DNA of 57,289 nucleotides, filler included, from Syncephalis fuscata S228 (GCA_025786725.1; 3 parts of 3 records of this genome joined end to end with filler, not necessarily neighbours in it); one strand, 5' to 3'. Shown: positions 23,765 to 38,684, counted from the whole stretch's first letter. Notes: generated by a model not told the origin, from the letters alone. Numbers and translations are program-made.

Positions 23765-26254
23765 CTATATTGTGCGTTCTCGACCAATTAACGCTCTTTT
23801 GGGAATAGGAGCAGCCAGTGCCTCCTCGCTTTTTATAGGCGTTAAGTGATAGAATAACAGGTAGCCGTCTTGGTCAATTTCCCTAAAGGCTGCCTCTGTT
23901 GGCATAACACGTACACGACTCGCTTCTGGCGCCGTATCATCCATACGAATCCATTGGCTATCACGCTCTAGTGCTAGCAATGGATTGGATGGTGGTAACG
24001 GCGCTAATGTTGGATGGGCAGCTCTTTCTTTACCGCCCACACCTACTACGCCTACGCCATCCACTAGACCGCTTAATGGTAATTTACTATTGCTATTACT
24101 GCTATTGATATTACTGTTGCTAATATTACTGCTGCTACTGCTACTGTAAATACTGTCTTCGCTACTCCGTTGACCAGTAGTAGATTTATCGCGTTTATAC
24201 ACCGACGGTAACGATGTACTTGTGCGATTTGATCTACTAGTAGCGGTGGCTGACCGTCTAGACAATTGATAGCGCCGACTTTGCTTACCCTCGCTACTGC
24301 GTTGCATTAATAAATTATCCGCTGCAGTTTCTAGAGGTGTCACTGGAATAAATTGTCGACAAAATGCTACATAATGTCCACGATCTAGTGATGAACCACG
24401 ATGGCATACTGCAGCCTGTAACGTTAAACGATACTGAATATCACCATCTGATTCAGTATGTGTAGGTGATACAAATGGCGTAAAATCCATTTCTTCTGGT
24501 ATAATGACTCGTCGATTTGATCTTATCCATCGACCGGTCATTGTTTGTCGATACCGTTTAAGCATTACAGGCAGTAGAATGCGTCGATCAGAGAAATGGA
24601 CCGACTGTGCCGTTGTTCGTTGACCTGATTCATTCTCTGCTGACCAGAATGGCAACATGGATAGCGCTGACCATGCATCCAGTTGAATAACTGATGAAAT
24701 AGATCCGGATCTTTGCATTAATTCAACCAATTCTGGCATTGATGGTATCGTTGGTGCTGTAGCTGGATCATTATATATAGATTCTAATACTTCTTCTTCA
24801 ATTATTTCTTCAAGTTCTTCAGTTGTTTCTTGTGGCTGTTTTTCTTTACTATGATTTACCAATTCTTTATCTTGTTGTATGTCATTCATAGTATTAATAG
24901 TTTTTGGCTCTTCATTAATTTTCTTTAGTTTACGTCGTCGTAGTCCTTGTACTCGTGTACCAAAGAAGTGCATAGTTAGTAGACGTTCAAGAGAAATAGG
25001 ATCGGCATTTGTCTTCTTGTTAAGTATACGTTGGCCTAGCCATGATGTTCGATGAATTGTTGAATTAGAATCAAAATTATCTTTTTTTCTATTATTGTTA
25101 CCATTCATATCAGCTCTATGTTTATGTCCTTTTTTTTTACTGTCTTTGTCTTTACGTAGTTTGCTTTCAACAAACTTTTCTGTTTCAGTATCATCTGGAA
25201 TAGCCAATTGTAATAAACGTTCAGTGACTAATCGATTATCGTCAATATCTGTACGGCCGGTGTGTAGCATCCGTACTTCAAATGGTAAATATGGCAGTTC
25301 TAGTAAATCAGTAAGAAACATAAACAGCTCTCCAGCATCCTCTTGCGTCGTTAATAGAAATGGTGAATGACGCGATGCAGTGGTGGTTTCTGTTCCAGCA
25401 ACTGTTTTCGCCGTAGCAGTTGATGGTGACAACGACATGGCTGTTGCTGTTGTAGCAGTGGCATTAACTGGTGCCGATGCAGCCAGTAAAGTCATACCGC
25501 CATTACTGCCACCAAAACTACGGCCAGCCATGGCCAGTGGTGTAGTGGCTGTCATTGGATGAAGAACACGTACACCACGCCATCCACACGCCGCCAAATC
25601 CTCACACAATTGGCATACCATGGGGCGAGCTACTGACTGGCCTGCTCGTAATTGATTGACCATAACACGACAAGTTACTTGGACTCTTGTAGCCAGTGGA
25701 TGCGATAATGAACGCGGCTGTAATAATGCATCGAATGCATCTTGACAGCCAAACATAGCAAATAATAAACTATCTATTTACAATGAATTAGTTCATTATA
25801 TAATATTTATTATTGATATTATATTATTTACATGTAGCAAATTAATTATATATAATATGATTTATATATTTGTTTGGTTAACTCACCTAAATAACAGCTA
25901 GTGCCATTAAAGTTTTCAATACCTCGTACAAATACATTCTCCATAATCGGCAATAACACACCAGCTTTAGCAAGTGCCATGCTTTCAAGATAGGCCACAC
26001 TGGCCGATACATCCCAGCCAAATCGTTCCAACGCCCGTTCACGCTCTTCAACGGTCGTATAAACACCTTGCAAGTCCAAATATGATGCAACTGACATTAC
26101 AGTTAGTATTTAGTATAACAAATAGCAGTAGCAATTTTAGTAGTAGCAATTTACCTTTGGCTACTTTTATCTCTCGCCGTTCTGACTCGGTCGTGCCCCA
26201 TAACCAACGACGCACAGCCGGTCCTACTTGACTCAATGACTTGACTTGTAACAT
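23765..26254 (-). CDS. Ubiquitin-specific protease (peptidase C19), CYLD-like Cys box, N-terminal UBA-like segment
   Basis: Spliced GIENFNGTSCYL|DSLLFAMF Cys box, QEDAGELF, His box LQAAVCHRGSSLDRGHYVAF, WIRMDD, GYLLFY. Two 5' introns. Confidence 0.88.
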
Positions 26255-27402
26255 GAATTAAACAAATGCTAATGGAAATGCTTATTCAGGAACAATAAAA
26301 AACGCAATATGGATATTCAACGTAAAAAGAAGCAGGCCTACACGAACAAAGGCTTTTAACAGTATTTGGTCGTTGTTTTAAGAAGAACAAAAAGTCTTAT
26401 GCAATAGTAAATGGATGGACTCGACACAGCTGAGAATTGCCAGATACTATCGGAACATCCCCACACACACATATATATATATGGCTATAGATAGATATAG
26501 ATACAAGTAGGTAAATTGATGGATTTCTATATTCATCGGCTAATCATCACTTTATAGGTGTGTATAGATGGGTAGGTAAGTAGTGGTTGACTGCCAAGAC
26601 TCCGACGATGACCAATGGTTGCTCATACTCTACATACGAAAAAGGACTGTTTTGTTTCTTTATTGGTTTCAACGACGCCAGGAAGCTTGTGTAAACGCCA
26701 TTTACACCATCGTCTATGGCTGTCATCATTTATAATAAATAGCACATAATACATTGTATTGAATAAAGTGTGCGTGGCATAACTGGACAAATCAATACAC
26801 CTAGTCATATTGTCTCAATTATCGTGTTCTAATATTTATTTTACCATAAAAGGTATTGCATATTGCTCAAACATTTGTCACGCTCCCATCATGTGATAAT
26901 CAGCCTGGCAAGCCCGTGGCCATTCATCACAGACTAACAAGTTAGAGAGAGAGAGAGAGAATGAAAGAAATAAGGCGATTTCTACATGCATAGCATGAAC
27001 GATGATGGTACGGTCAGCACAAAAATGTCATCATTTCTATGAAATGCTCGGCGTCGGAACAATACATACACGTATATATATATATGTATTAATAAAGCAC
27101 ATAAGCGGTAAAACGCAATCCGTCTCTCTCACTAATCCACTACATACTAATTGATTGCCAAATAAGAACACACACACACACACAGTTATTGTAATTTAAA
27201 TCATCGTCATCAGTGCATTGTCCCCATTTATTCTTCCTTCTTTCTTTCCACTCACCTTTAGTTTGTTCAACGCTTGTACAAAGAACGACAACAACACCAC
27301 GCACACTTCCGATCATCCCGTTGGTTTTAAGCATTTTTTATTTTGCAAGAATCTATATTATTTTTGGCATTATTTGTTGCTGATTGCACGTATCAAGGCA
27401 CA

Positions 27403-28558
27403 ATGACGCCACAAACGCTGAGTTATGCTGGTGAGTTTGAACACCAGCTATAGATGTGTCGACGTATTAATCATCTTTTGTTGATTAGAAACGGTCGATG
27501 TTGTATGCGATTTCCGTAAGTACTGATCCTATTATATGGTCGTGCAATACCTGTGCTAACTAACTATATGATAGTCGAAACGGCTATTCATATGATATTG
27601 TATATTCGTGAATTATATCCACCACGTAAGTAGATGATTTGACTGTATACGTTGATCAATAAATAACTTTTATTACATAGATCTATTTGAACGCCAAAAG
27701 AAGTACAATGTGCCGGTTCATGTCGCTCGACATCCCGAACTCGTTGAGTATGTCAAAGACATGATCCGAGCTTGTCGACCCGATCTTGAAAAGGTAAATA
27801 CTAGTATTTGTTGCATTTACGAGTGTATGCTAATTGACAAGGGGTACGTTGGTATTGCTGCAGGGTGCTGTCGAGCGTATATGTTTGGTCGTGGTCAACA
27901 AGGCCTATACGCCGGTGGAGCGTTTTGTATTTGAGATTGATGCACTTATTGATCCAAAATCTATCGACAAGGATGCAGTGTAAGTGACCAATTCGACTGC
28001 TATTTTATTTCCATTTTTACTAATAGACAAAATAGTACAGAAGGAGGATTGACGGCCGCGGATGTCGAGGCCTATTTGCGTGCCTTTTTGCTCAAAATCA
28101 GTTTATGTGACGCGGTGTTGCATCCTAATCCACCTGGTAAGCAAGCAAATGCGGTATCAATGCAGCCACACGTCTACTTACCACCATTCCCTTTTCCCCT
28201 TTATTTCTGCATCTAGATTGCACATTTGCACTTGTGCTCCAACTTAATGATGGATCACCTTCTGCGACTCAGGTAAATACAGTTTATGATTTATCTGCAT
28301 TTGTAATAATAATATTAATAATGGTGATTACAGAATGGCTTCCCTTGGGTACCTGATGACCAGCCAAAGGATGCATTATGTCCAGATCACTCTGCAAAGT
28401 TAATTCCAATGAAATCAATGGACACAGGACTTATGAAGGTAAGAAACTGATGGGCTGCTTATTATGCAGTCAATTAACTAGTTTAATGGATTTAGGTCCA
28501 ATTGTTTGTAGAAGAGACAGAATTAAAAACAAAAACACCGGTATCTGCTCAAGGTTAA
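27403..28558 (+). CDS. REV7: HORMA-domain DNA polymerase zeta subunit Rev7/MAD2L2 (about 9 exons)
   Basis: ETAIHMILYIRELYPP, FERQKKYNVPVHVARHPELVEYV, PVERFVFEI, LRAFLLKISLCDAVL, LIPMKSM, VQLFVEE. Confidence 0.9.
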
Positions 28559-29339
28559 TGATTTGTATATATGGATCAGCCATCTATAGCTAGCGAGCAC
28601 TATTAGTATTAGCTTTATAATCTATATCCCTATATGTTATTGTTTTATTTGTCATTTCATATTCTACGCCGTGTTCTTATTTTATTTCATAGTTATCTTT
28701 GTCATGACTGCGATATTGTCAATTCTATTCTTGTATTCTTACTATTAAGCGGTTTCCTCTTTCAGTCTCATCCACACTCACTCACCTACCCATTCAACCA
28801 TTCACGCTCGTTATCTACCTCATCCCTCATCGTTCTTCCCCGTCACTCATCCTACTCGTCACCATCATGATGCCCATTCTACCACTGCCAATTTAAGCGT
28901 ATCAACTGCTCTGTTCCGGTCTCATTTCAAATGCCAGGCTTATGACGTAGCGTGCTTTTTCGTCAACCATTTCCGGTCCAGCCCGGCCCCTTTTGTGGCA
29001 TGAACGGGCATCTGTTTCGCTCTTTATTTCAAGCCCACTATTTTACCACTACTGTTACCACACTACCATGGGCGCTTGGCTCTAGGTAAATGTGAACGTA
29101 GTTGCGAGCATGTGTGTGAAATTATCTTTGTCTGCATTGTGTGTGTCCCTTTTGTGGCATTCTTTCTTTTTATCTTTCTTTAGCCTGTTTTAAATAAATT
29201 ATTCACAGGCCTATGTTATTAAATGTTCAAATGTTGAACAACAGCAACAACAACAACAACAACAACAATAATAATAATGGCAAATAAATATTGTAATATA
29301 ATAATTTAATTGGTAAATTTATTTAAATAGTGTTAAATT

Positions 29340-30377
29340 TTAATGCAAGTTAAAATAAGATGTTAAACGGGCACGCGATGTAAATCGGCTATAGTCAGAT
29401 GTTACAGTTTGTTTAATGTCGACTTCCGTTGTTTCAGACCCAATGGGACTACTAAGAGAGTCGGCGGCATTTCTTACATCGACGCAATAGTTTGTCAAAA
29501 TGGTCAATGTCAATATCCTGCAGCGAGTATTATTAATACTTTATAATAAATTGTTTTAAAGCTTACCAATCAACAAAGAATAATGCATCAGCAAATGTTT
29601 TGCCGATTTTGAAATACAGTAATACATTGCATAGAATATTGGCAAAAAGAACGAGTAGCACAGCTTGTATACCGTCTCTGGCTAAACGCTTCCAAGCGAA
29701 CAATCCAAATTTACTGTATTGTCGATAGGCTATATAGCTGAAAACGCTCAGGAAAAAAACGGTTACTGGCGTTGTTGTCGTCACGCAAAGTAAAGGCCCA
29801 GCCTCTATGTAGTAGATAACACAGCCATAGAACGGCTCTATGGTGATGACCGAAGTAGTAAGTAAAATACCTACTATGCCTAAATGTATCAAATTGATAA
29901 GGATACCAGACACCAGTATCCAGCGTTGCTGACGAAGGGCAAGATATACTTTGTGAAGAATAATTGTGCTATGACAGAAGCAAGATAGGTTTTAACGAAT
30001 ATAAAATACCATCCGAGTATACGGCAGTTCATCGCAGGAACATAAATGGCTAGTCCATATACTGCACCCAAAGAGATGCCAAGAGCTGAAGATATAAGAC
30101 AGCACCATCCAGGCAATGCGTGTACTGCGTACGAATCAGCTTTACAGAAATACTGAAGACAAAAACAAAATCCATGCAGCCAGTATGAATGCAGCTAGTT
30201 GAATGTGAAATCCAGTGAACGTGCTCGCGTCAACTCAATGTTGCCAATAGGTTCTGTGATAAACTCCACGATACTCCGCTCGCCAAGCGGATGCATCTGG
30301 ATATTCCATATCAAAGTGGCATTATGGGCCCATGTTTCGCTATATTCTTCATTGGAAGTGATGCTAATAGGTAGCAT
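29340..30377 (-). CDS. Second member of the HPLGE/GWCCL 7TM family; several homopolymer frameshifts (error or pseudogene)
   Basis: IQMHPLGE, PGWCCLISS, NCRILGWY, AYRQY..FG..AWKRLARDGIQ, and an intron at the same DW position as 9740-10756. Confidence 0.7.
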
Positions 30378-30805
30378 TTTATGCAATACTAATAAAATTG
30401 ACGCGGATCAGCCAGTGATTTAAATGAACAATAACAACAACAGGCGCACGACGTAATGGCAAGTATGAGCATCGGTTTATAGATGTTCTAAGTGTGGCGT
30501 ACAAGGGCGTGTGCAGCAATCCTGTTGCGCGGTAGACGGGTATGACTGTCCCGTAACCCGGCCTCAATGACTACATGGCGTTTTGACTACGTGTGACAAC
30601 ACTTGCCAATTCCCATGGGCGCAAGGCTACGTGAATAATGTCCAAAGCTACCACAGACACATGGATTTGTAATCCATGCTCAATTCATATCACGCCTTCC
30701 CTTATTGAATTCATGTAAATTAATGGATAAGTTAATGCTAAATATAAAAGTAATAAAGCAAATGATGATAAACATACTTGTTTATTGTATAAAAATAGAC
30801 AAAGT

Positions 30806-31746
30806 ATTAAACAACCGCAACAGGATGGGCGTAACGCCATGTAGACATTGGTATACGCCATTGATCTAATAAGGTCTACTTTAGCGATTTTATAAAAAAT
30901 GGCTTATAACATGTATCAACGTCTACTATTTTTGGTCAATGGCCTACAGACAATGAATAGTTCTGCCCTTGTACCATGATCATGCTTCTATTTCGAATCC
31001 CGTACTAGCAATGAATCACATGACTCGATATAGATTGGGCGTTGCATCAAATGCCGTGTAGACTGTTTCGTTCTAACAGCATCGTTATGAAATAAGTCTC
31101 CTGTTAAAGAAATACTAGAAGCCGCAGCATACATACATGCTCTCTTTCTCGGTACTGACTATACGAATAACTGGCTACAACATGCTACATTGTTCAGTAA
31201 ACTCTTATGACAGTTTAGACAAATAGACTGCACCGTGTTTCGTTGTGTTTAATGCTAATAATCAAGCAAGAGATAATACCTTTGATATCATGTGGGTGTA
31301 CATGTGTGGCGTACAGAGTTTCAACAGTTCGGCCATCTGCGAAATGTTTGACATGTACGTCTATGTCTAAATTCTTAGCCGAACTAAACACGTAAACTCG
31401 CCATAGCTTCACGCGATAATTATATGACACAGACTTTGGTCGTTCCATTGGATTTACAAGTGGAGTACATGCATCACCTTTAGTGATTTGCCTATTGTTT
31501 TCACCAAGTATTAGTAATATTAATTTTGCTTTTGTCAGTACAAACAGCACCAGCATTGCATATCATGTAGTTGATCATTTTTGTTTCAAATATTACTACT
31601 ACCTATAGACGCTCAAACTATAAATTCTTAAAATATACTGAAAGTAAACTATTGGGCTATCAAGCAAAGCCATACCTTTGATTGTGATACTCAAGACACG
31701 ATACAATACAAAGGCTCGACTAGACTACGATACAATGGCCAAGCAT
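30806..31746 (-). pseudogene. Possible decayed gene remnant
   Basis: 113-aa ORF with splice-like boundaries, flanked by coding-like segments containing stops. Confidence 0.25.
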
Positions 31747-32981
31747 ACTATCTTTTGACAAACAGATTGCAAAGTTATGATAAAAACGTGCTAGTTAAAC
31801 AATACTAACACTTAATTAATGCAATTATAGATAAAGTATTTTATTGGCTACTGATAAAAATTAAATATTACTTTAGCATCAACCAATTATAGAACAAGAT
31901 ACACGACATTTGAGATATTGCTATTCCATTGGTTTCTTGCCTATAAATAAAACTATTATTTCATAAAATGTCAAAGCAGCAATATAGCAAATTATTATTT
32001 GCTTGTATTTGGCTGCCTTATGTATTCATTTATTTGGCCTATAGTAATAATATTATTGATAGCGCTATGTTAAGATTTACTGCCAGTAACAGTTAGCATC
32101 AGATCTATTCGTTATCACTCTAGTATTTTAGTGATATCAAACTACTAATAGATTCATATTCTATTTAGCATTATCCAGCATATTTTATTAGAGTTTAATA
32201 AAGAAACAATACAATAAAAATGACATCAGATTGAGCGTGTATACACTTGGCAAACAAGTTTGAAACTTTACAATAGATTTCTACAATTACTATTCTATAA
32301 CAGTTGTCTAAAAATAGACAATTCTGATTTGGTACATTAAAAATATACTTGCATTCTTAAAAAATAGACAATATTAAAATATGACCGAATCCGTGCTTGT
32401 GTGTATTGTCATCTTATCAACTCAATGCCATGCTCGCCTCAGTTTAGCTTGGTTAGCAATTACGCCCATGCTTGTCGGCGTTGTTTCTGGATTCATCCGC
32501 AATAAATTAGTCAGTGGTTTCAGTCTCAGACTATAGTCATAGGTGTCATTTTTGGGAATATGAAACATCCATTCAGTTATAGGATTTTGTTACAGGTTGC
32601 GAATGCGGCATTGCATCTACAATTGGGTTTAACTTCTGCAGCATTGTCTATCACAATTGCCACTGAAATAAAAACTGCGTGCTAGGTCATATGCTTGCTA
32701 GCTTATTTTACTAGATGCTACGCAGTTTTTTAAACAGTGTTTTTTGTTATTATGGCATCTGCACTAACTATGAATTGGTCGAGCTAGCGCTTGGCGACTG
32801 ACTCATAAACCACAATTTTGTAGCGTGTATGTAGGGCCTTGCCTGATTATTTCAACTGTTAGTTCGTGCTTCTATACAAGTTTTGTTTTCTCCTTCCCCC
32901 TTCCTGAGTTGTGAGATCATAAAGACGGATCACGATGGCATTACGCACATTCATATCATTTTACTCCTTTCATTCAACATA

Positions 32982-34483
32982 ATGTGTTTTCCCATTTTTA
33001 ATACGGCATTATTATTTACTTTACTATGTCTACTAGTACACTCTAATAAAGGCTATGCCAATATTGCCTTCATCAATCCGGATGGTAGCAATACTACATA
33101 TTCATCGATAGATTATTTCTCTCATTACAAATCTTACTACAATTCCCAAGGCATTGCAATGGCTTGGAAATTTCAAAATGCATCGAATGGAAATGATTGT
33201 ACTATGCGCTCAATCAACGCTTCCGATCCTATTATTCGAAAAGCAGTAATCGACACAAAATCCCGCGCCGACTTTGCCATAATTGTGGAACAAGGTGATT
33301 TCTGTAACACCAAAGCAAAGGTAAACTACCTAGATGGTATTATGTCTAGCTAACATCAGAATAGGTAAATGAAGCAATGGTCAACCTAGCTCAACAGCTG
33401 GCCCAAGTTGGGTTTCCGCCGATCAAGCTTTTTATTCTACTAGAGTCAAAACGCTATAGCCATATACCAATACATAGCTCTTTTGCGTATTACTTTAATC
33501 AAATTTTCGAGGATGTATTCAACTCTAAATCCATGTTGACCATAATGCTCAAAGGAAAGGACACTACACTGGCAAATGATATAGAATCTCGTAGTTATTT
33601 TATTGTTCGTTATGCTGCAAAAGAAGGTACGTTAACACTTGTAAAACGCAACGTTCGATGACTAAACTAGTGCTAGATTCAAGTTTATGGAATATAATAG
33701 TACTATCGTCTTATTTCATGGCCTACAAATGGGTGTATTTGGCTTTGGTATGTAAACATAATTTATGTATAATTTTCTAATGTATTTCAATAGATTTTGG
33801 TTGCTTTATTTTATGCATCTGCGCGCATTGTAAAGATGGCATTGCTAAAAATACTACGTTATGATCTTTTTCTGTTAGCATTTGGCTTTACGGCTGCTTA
33901 TTGTATTTGTAAGAAACAAAAATTAGGCATTAACTAGTCGTCTAATCCAATTTTCTTAGCACTCCTATTTTATTTAAAAATAGATGATGCTTTAGTACCC
34001 TCAGACCGGTATATTCCCACTCACGGCCTTTTATCAGCAATATCTTTCGGTCTGATACTTTGGCACTGGTATGTTGCTATTAAAATCTGCTATATAATTA
34101 AAATACTTAAGGATATCTAGGGCAACTACAAGTAAAAACGTATTTTCGTTAAAAGCTGTTACGACTCTTCGAGCAACCATAGTTTTTGGCTTAACAATAC
34201 TGAGCATAATATATGCATATCAGATATTTTACTATATTTTTGGCTTGAATTTCGGTATAAACATTTAATGACGTTGCAGTTTTGATTTTAATTTTACTGG
34301 CCTTTATGATAAGTCTTAATGGTATTATTTATTTGAGGATTTGGTAAGTTTTACGCTTCCTATAAACTACCTAACACTTTATGTTTCCTTAGCAATTTGG
34401 TTTACATTTTCCGCAATCAAGCTACGTAGACACCCAAAGGGCCGTTCACGTTTTACTCATATATATTACGTCGCTTATACATG
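32982..34483 (+). CDS. Signal peptide + extracellular domain + multi-TM membrane protein (receptor-like), multi-exon, truncated at gap
   Basis: MCFPIFNTALLFTLLCLLVHS signal, N-glycosylation sequons, short introns, successive hydrophobic exons 33680-34440. Confidence 0.65.
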
Positions 34484-34583
34484 NNNNNNNNNNNNNNNNN
34501 NNNNNNNNNNNNNNNNNNNNNNNNNNNTTAATTAATTAANNNNNNNNNNNNNNNNNNNNNNNNNNNNNNNNNNNNNNNNNNNN
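34484..34583. other. Artificial contig-join linker
   Basis: N44-TTAATTAATTAA-N44. Confidence 0.97.
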
Positions 34584-34994
34584 TAATTTTTATTAAATGA
34601 TAAATAATCATACGTGTATTTATATCAAACCCATGCTACACGTGTATCTAATATTTATATCGTTTAAATTTCAAAAGCGTAGTAGCTGTTGAGCTGATGA
34701 TTCACCCACGATAAAGTAACAATAATATTGTACTGATAACAGTATTAAATTAACTAAAATCAAAACAACATGTTAGCCAATCCAGCATTTATATATACAA
34801 TGCCACAATAGATCTACAGCTTGCGCTATAGTCTGATTGTAGGCTGGATTTAATGCCTCGTAATCAAACGCTATTGCGTTACCATCAATCATAATCTCAA
34901 AATTAAAGAATATAGACATTATTACAAGTAAACTGTTGTAGCACCATGGCTAGTAAACTTAATAAACAATTTATGATTTATTGAACCTATATTC

Positions 34995-35726
34995 TTAGTT
35001 TCCGCAAACAACTGACTTTTCATGTTTGACGCACTTGGTCGCTGTAGGGCAACCAAGGGTAACCCAAGCACCGTTGTTGCATATTTTTGTAGAGTTACCG
35101 TCGCAGTCCCAAGTACCAGATACACAAACACCTTGAGGACCACCAACTGGAGGCGCGGGAGTTGCTGGAGCGGAAACATCTTTAGTCTCGCTCTTTATAA
35201 CAGGACCAGCGCTTGCTTCTGTTTCCACAGTTGTATTTACTGGAGATTCATTACTCTCATCATCATAAATCTCTTCTGTGTCTTCAGTTTCTGTTTGCGT
35301 TGTAGCATCGGAATCAGTTACTTCCGCTGTAGGAGCTGTAGGAGTGGTAGACGTTGTAGGAGCTGTGGTGGTTGTAGAAACTGTAGACGTTGTAGGAGCT
35401 GTGGTGGTTGTAGGAGTTGTTTCTTTGCTTGGCTGCGTTGGAGCCGGAGCCGGAGCCGGAGCCGGAATTGGGGCCGGAGTTTCCTTGTCCTTAAACATGG
35501 CAAGGATCTTAGTTGTTAAGTCTTGGTCGTTACACTTGCACATCAAATTGGCTTCAGTAAAGTCGTAGCAACGATTAAATTGGATGTTTGGACCAATTTT
35601 TAAGCAAGTTGACTGGCAAGTCTTTTTCCATTCTGGATGGAGGCATGGCACTACCGTATCGTCAGCGGATGCAGCGGCAGCGGCAAACGCTATGGTAATA
35701 AGAACAGCGACGATTGATGATTGCAT
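34995..35726 (-). CDS. Secreted protein: 6-Cys CSab defensin-like domain + Pro/Thr/acidic linker + CBM19-like chitin-binding domain
   Basis: Signal peptide; C-x8-C-x3-C-x11-C-x9-C-x-C; C-terminal CVSGTWDCDGNSTKICNNGAWVTLGCPTATKC. Confidence 0.85.
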   Translation of the reverse strand: MQSSIVAVLITIAFAAAAASADDTVVPCLHPEWKKTCQSTCLKIGPNIQFNRCYDFTEANLMCKCNDQDLTTKILAMFKDKETPAPIPAPAPAPAPTQPSKETTPTTTTAPTTSTVSTTTTAPTTSTTPTAPTAEVTDSDATTQTETEDTEEIYDDESNESPVNTTVETEASAGPVIKSETKDVSAPATPAPPVGGPQGVCVSGTWDCDGNSTKICNNGAWVTLGCPTATKCVKHEKSVVCGN

Positions 35727-37265
35727 GTTGGTATATGGAATGATATGGCTTGTGATATATCAAAATACTGGCCGGCAGAATTTTGTAAACGTGAGTTGAA
35801 GTCAGTGTAGAAAGCAAATAGATGGTATGAAGATAAGTTGAACTTGTAGCATTTGCGAAGGCTATTTATTTAAACTGAACGAGATAGCTTGGCTTATACT
35901 GCTTGCATGGCGAGGTGACATATCGGGATTGTAAGAACTTAACGCTGATTTAAAACTTGTTTCTTTGGGGCCCATGCCCATGTGTATGTCAATACACAAA
36001 AAGGTAGTACTTGTCAAAAACTACGGGCCATTCTTAGGTGCACTGAAGCGCTGTTTTATTTTTCCTTGATAGGACAGGATAGGTGGTGGCACTTTAGTAA
36101 AAAGGGGTGCAAACATAGGACAGTGATGGCACCAACAAAAGATTTGCGGGTTGCTTTGATATCAACTCCGTTTGTTTGAGGGATGGATGTACATTCATAA
36201 TGGTGACTGAAACATCTGATGACAAGGCCATGCAGCACAGCTTCTATGGATAATATCGATTCAAAAGCACCGTTTTTGTAATTCAAAAGGCTTGCCGTTC
36301 CTACTTTGGAAACAAGATATAGCTACCTATACATTTCAAGTACATAATGATTTGTATAGTCATCAAGAATCAGGAGAGAGTACACCTGAAACGATGGTTT
36401 TGAAAATGACTTGACACTGCATATGATACCGTTATCATTGGACAGTTTAGCATTAATGCCGTTATGGCTATTGTTACTACTACTGTTATTAGTACCATCA
36501 TTAGTGTTATTTATTTTCAAGCATTAAAACATAAGGTTTGTCACTTTGTTGAATTATGTGTATTACAAATATAACTTTTAAACGATAATATTAAAACGAA
36601 CAACCGTGTAATGCTTCGAGTTAAAATATTTTAACAGTCTAAAGGCCATGGCGTGCATATTATTGATTTGCTATCATGTCACTTTAATTAATACAAACCT
36701 TGTAAATTATGCACCACTACCATGTAATTATTATTGAAATAGGCATGATTACTATTTCATTATTAATTCCCATTTCATTTTACTGGTATTTAAAACCGTT
36801 ATTTAGTAACTTATCAACTAAACTGTAATAATTATTAGTCGATTGAAAAAGTGATCTAATAGTCATTGATATATTCTCGAGTTATCTTCTAAGGAAAGCT
36901 ATTTTATAATATGGCCAACGTAATAGATATTAAGAATCGGTATATGTTGTTTTCAGGAACAATACTATAGCAATTTCTAGATTACAATACCAGCATCAAG
37001 CCTTTTAAAGGTACACCAATAAAACATGTGGTTAATTAAATTGATCGTATAGAAAAAACGAAGGTTTACTACATTTACGTTTGACCATTTTATCAAATAG
37101 CGGTAACATCGATGATTTATAACCATTTTAGTAAACGAATAAGTTTCATTAATATTTTAAAAAAGCTCAATTAGCTTATTGCTTTATCTTATTAAAAAGT
37201 AAAGTTTTTAATATTATAGTTAGTTATTGGTGTTGGTTTCGACTAATTATTATTACCTTATTGAC

Positions 37266-37508
37266 TTATTTCTTTTCCTCAAACTTAGCAATTAGTTGGC
37301 TTGTCAGATCCTGGCCATTGCACTTGCACATCAAATTGTTTTTGTCATAGTCGTAGCAGCGGTTGAATTCGATGTTTGGGCCAATCTTTAAACACTCTTC
37401 TTGACAAGTCTTTTTCCATTCGGGATAAAGACATGCAGCTCCATCTGCCGCAGCAACGGTGGCGGCAAACCCAGCGATAACAAGTCCAACGATAATTGAG
37501 GATTTCAT
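37266..37508 (-). CDS. Small secreted 6-Cys defensin-like protein (stand-alone paralog, 80 aa)
   Basis: Signal peptide + CLYPEWKKTCQEECLKIGPNIEFNRCYDYDKNNLMCKC + short C-terminal helix. Confidence 0.88.
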   Translation of the reverse strand: MKSSIIVGLVIAGFAATVAAADGAACLYPEWKKTCQEECLKIGPNIEFNRCYDYDKNNLMCKCNGQDLTSQLIAKFEEKK

Positions 37509-38684
37509 GCTGTTTGGTATATAAGATGATGGAATTTGTGAGATGTAAAATACTGATCAACAGAGTTTATGGCAGTAATTTATGGTCAGCATAGAAAGCA
37601 AATAAATGTTATAAAACTTATTGTGTGTTATTTAAATAGATAGATTGTTAAGCAACACAAATCAGTTTGGCATATAATGTTTGAAAATTTAGGCTAATAA
37701 AACTAGAGTTATTAAAGCATAATGCATATGTAAAACCTGTTTCTTCTTGGCATTCATAGTAGCGTATGTCTCGGAGTGCGGAAATGTGACATTCGTGGAA
37801 ACTATGAGCCATTATTAAATAAATCAAAACATTGTTCTACCTCAAATTAAGACAGTAAAATAATCAATAGCATTTAGTAAAATAAGATGTGGATATAATA
37901 TGGTTACAATGCTAATAAAATGTCTGTTGAAGATTTGATGTGTTCATTACCAGCTTCTATTTCATTTCACTAATGTTTAAAAAGTTATTTAATTTATTAA
38001 TTAGGTTGTGGTAATTATGGTTAATTAAAAATAATGGATTTAATAGCTTCAATATATTTTTTAATTATTTACTAAAATAAACTGTTGTGTAGCATGTTCA
38101 ACGTAATAAATATTAAAATTGATATATATATATTATTCTATGGAACAATACAGTAATGCCGTACAGGCTATAATATTTGTATAAACTTTTCAAAAGCATA
38201 TTAGTAAAATATATCGTGCATGAAATTAATATCATAGAGCAAACAGGGGCTCAATACATTTACGTTTAATTTTAATTTTTTATCAAATTGAAATACTTGT
38301 TGCCATTAAAACCAACGTTTATTTCCAAGTCAATTGCAATGAGTATTTATCTTCATATCTGCTCAATAAACTAAGTATCTGAATAACTAATACCTAAATA
38401 AGCTTGTTAGCACTTCTAATTAGACACACAATTTTAAAACTGCACTAGCTATACAATAAATACTGGCTATTTACATTAGTTGTAAATTATATTGATCTTT
38501 TAAACGACTATAAATTGTGTTTTAAATGAGTCATTATTTATTAAACACATTTGCATTTAGTTATTTCAGGCAGCTGCTTTGGTCGACCTAGCGCATTTGG
38601 CTTTCGAGGGACAGCCGGTATTAATCCAGCGCTGTTACTGCATAACTTAGCCATAATGCCATCATAATTCCAGGCACCATTTTC

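Noticed and set aside
35022-35799. Plus-strand ORFs overlapping the defensin-like genes (also 38733-39372), and similar shadow ORFs elsewhere
   Set aside because: Antisense shadows of repetitive coding sequence.
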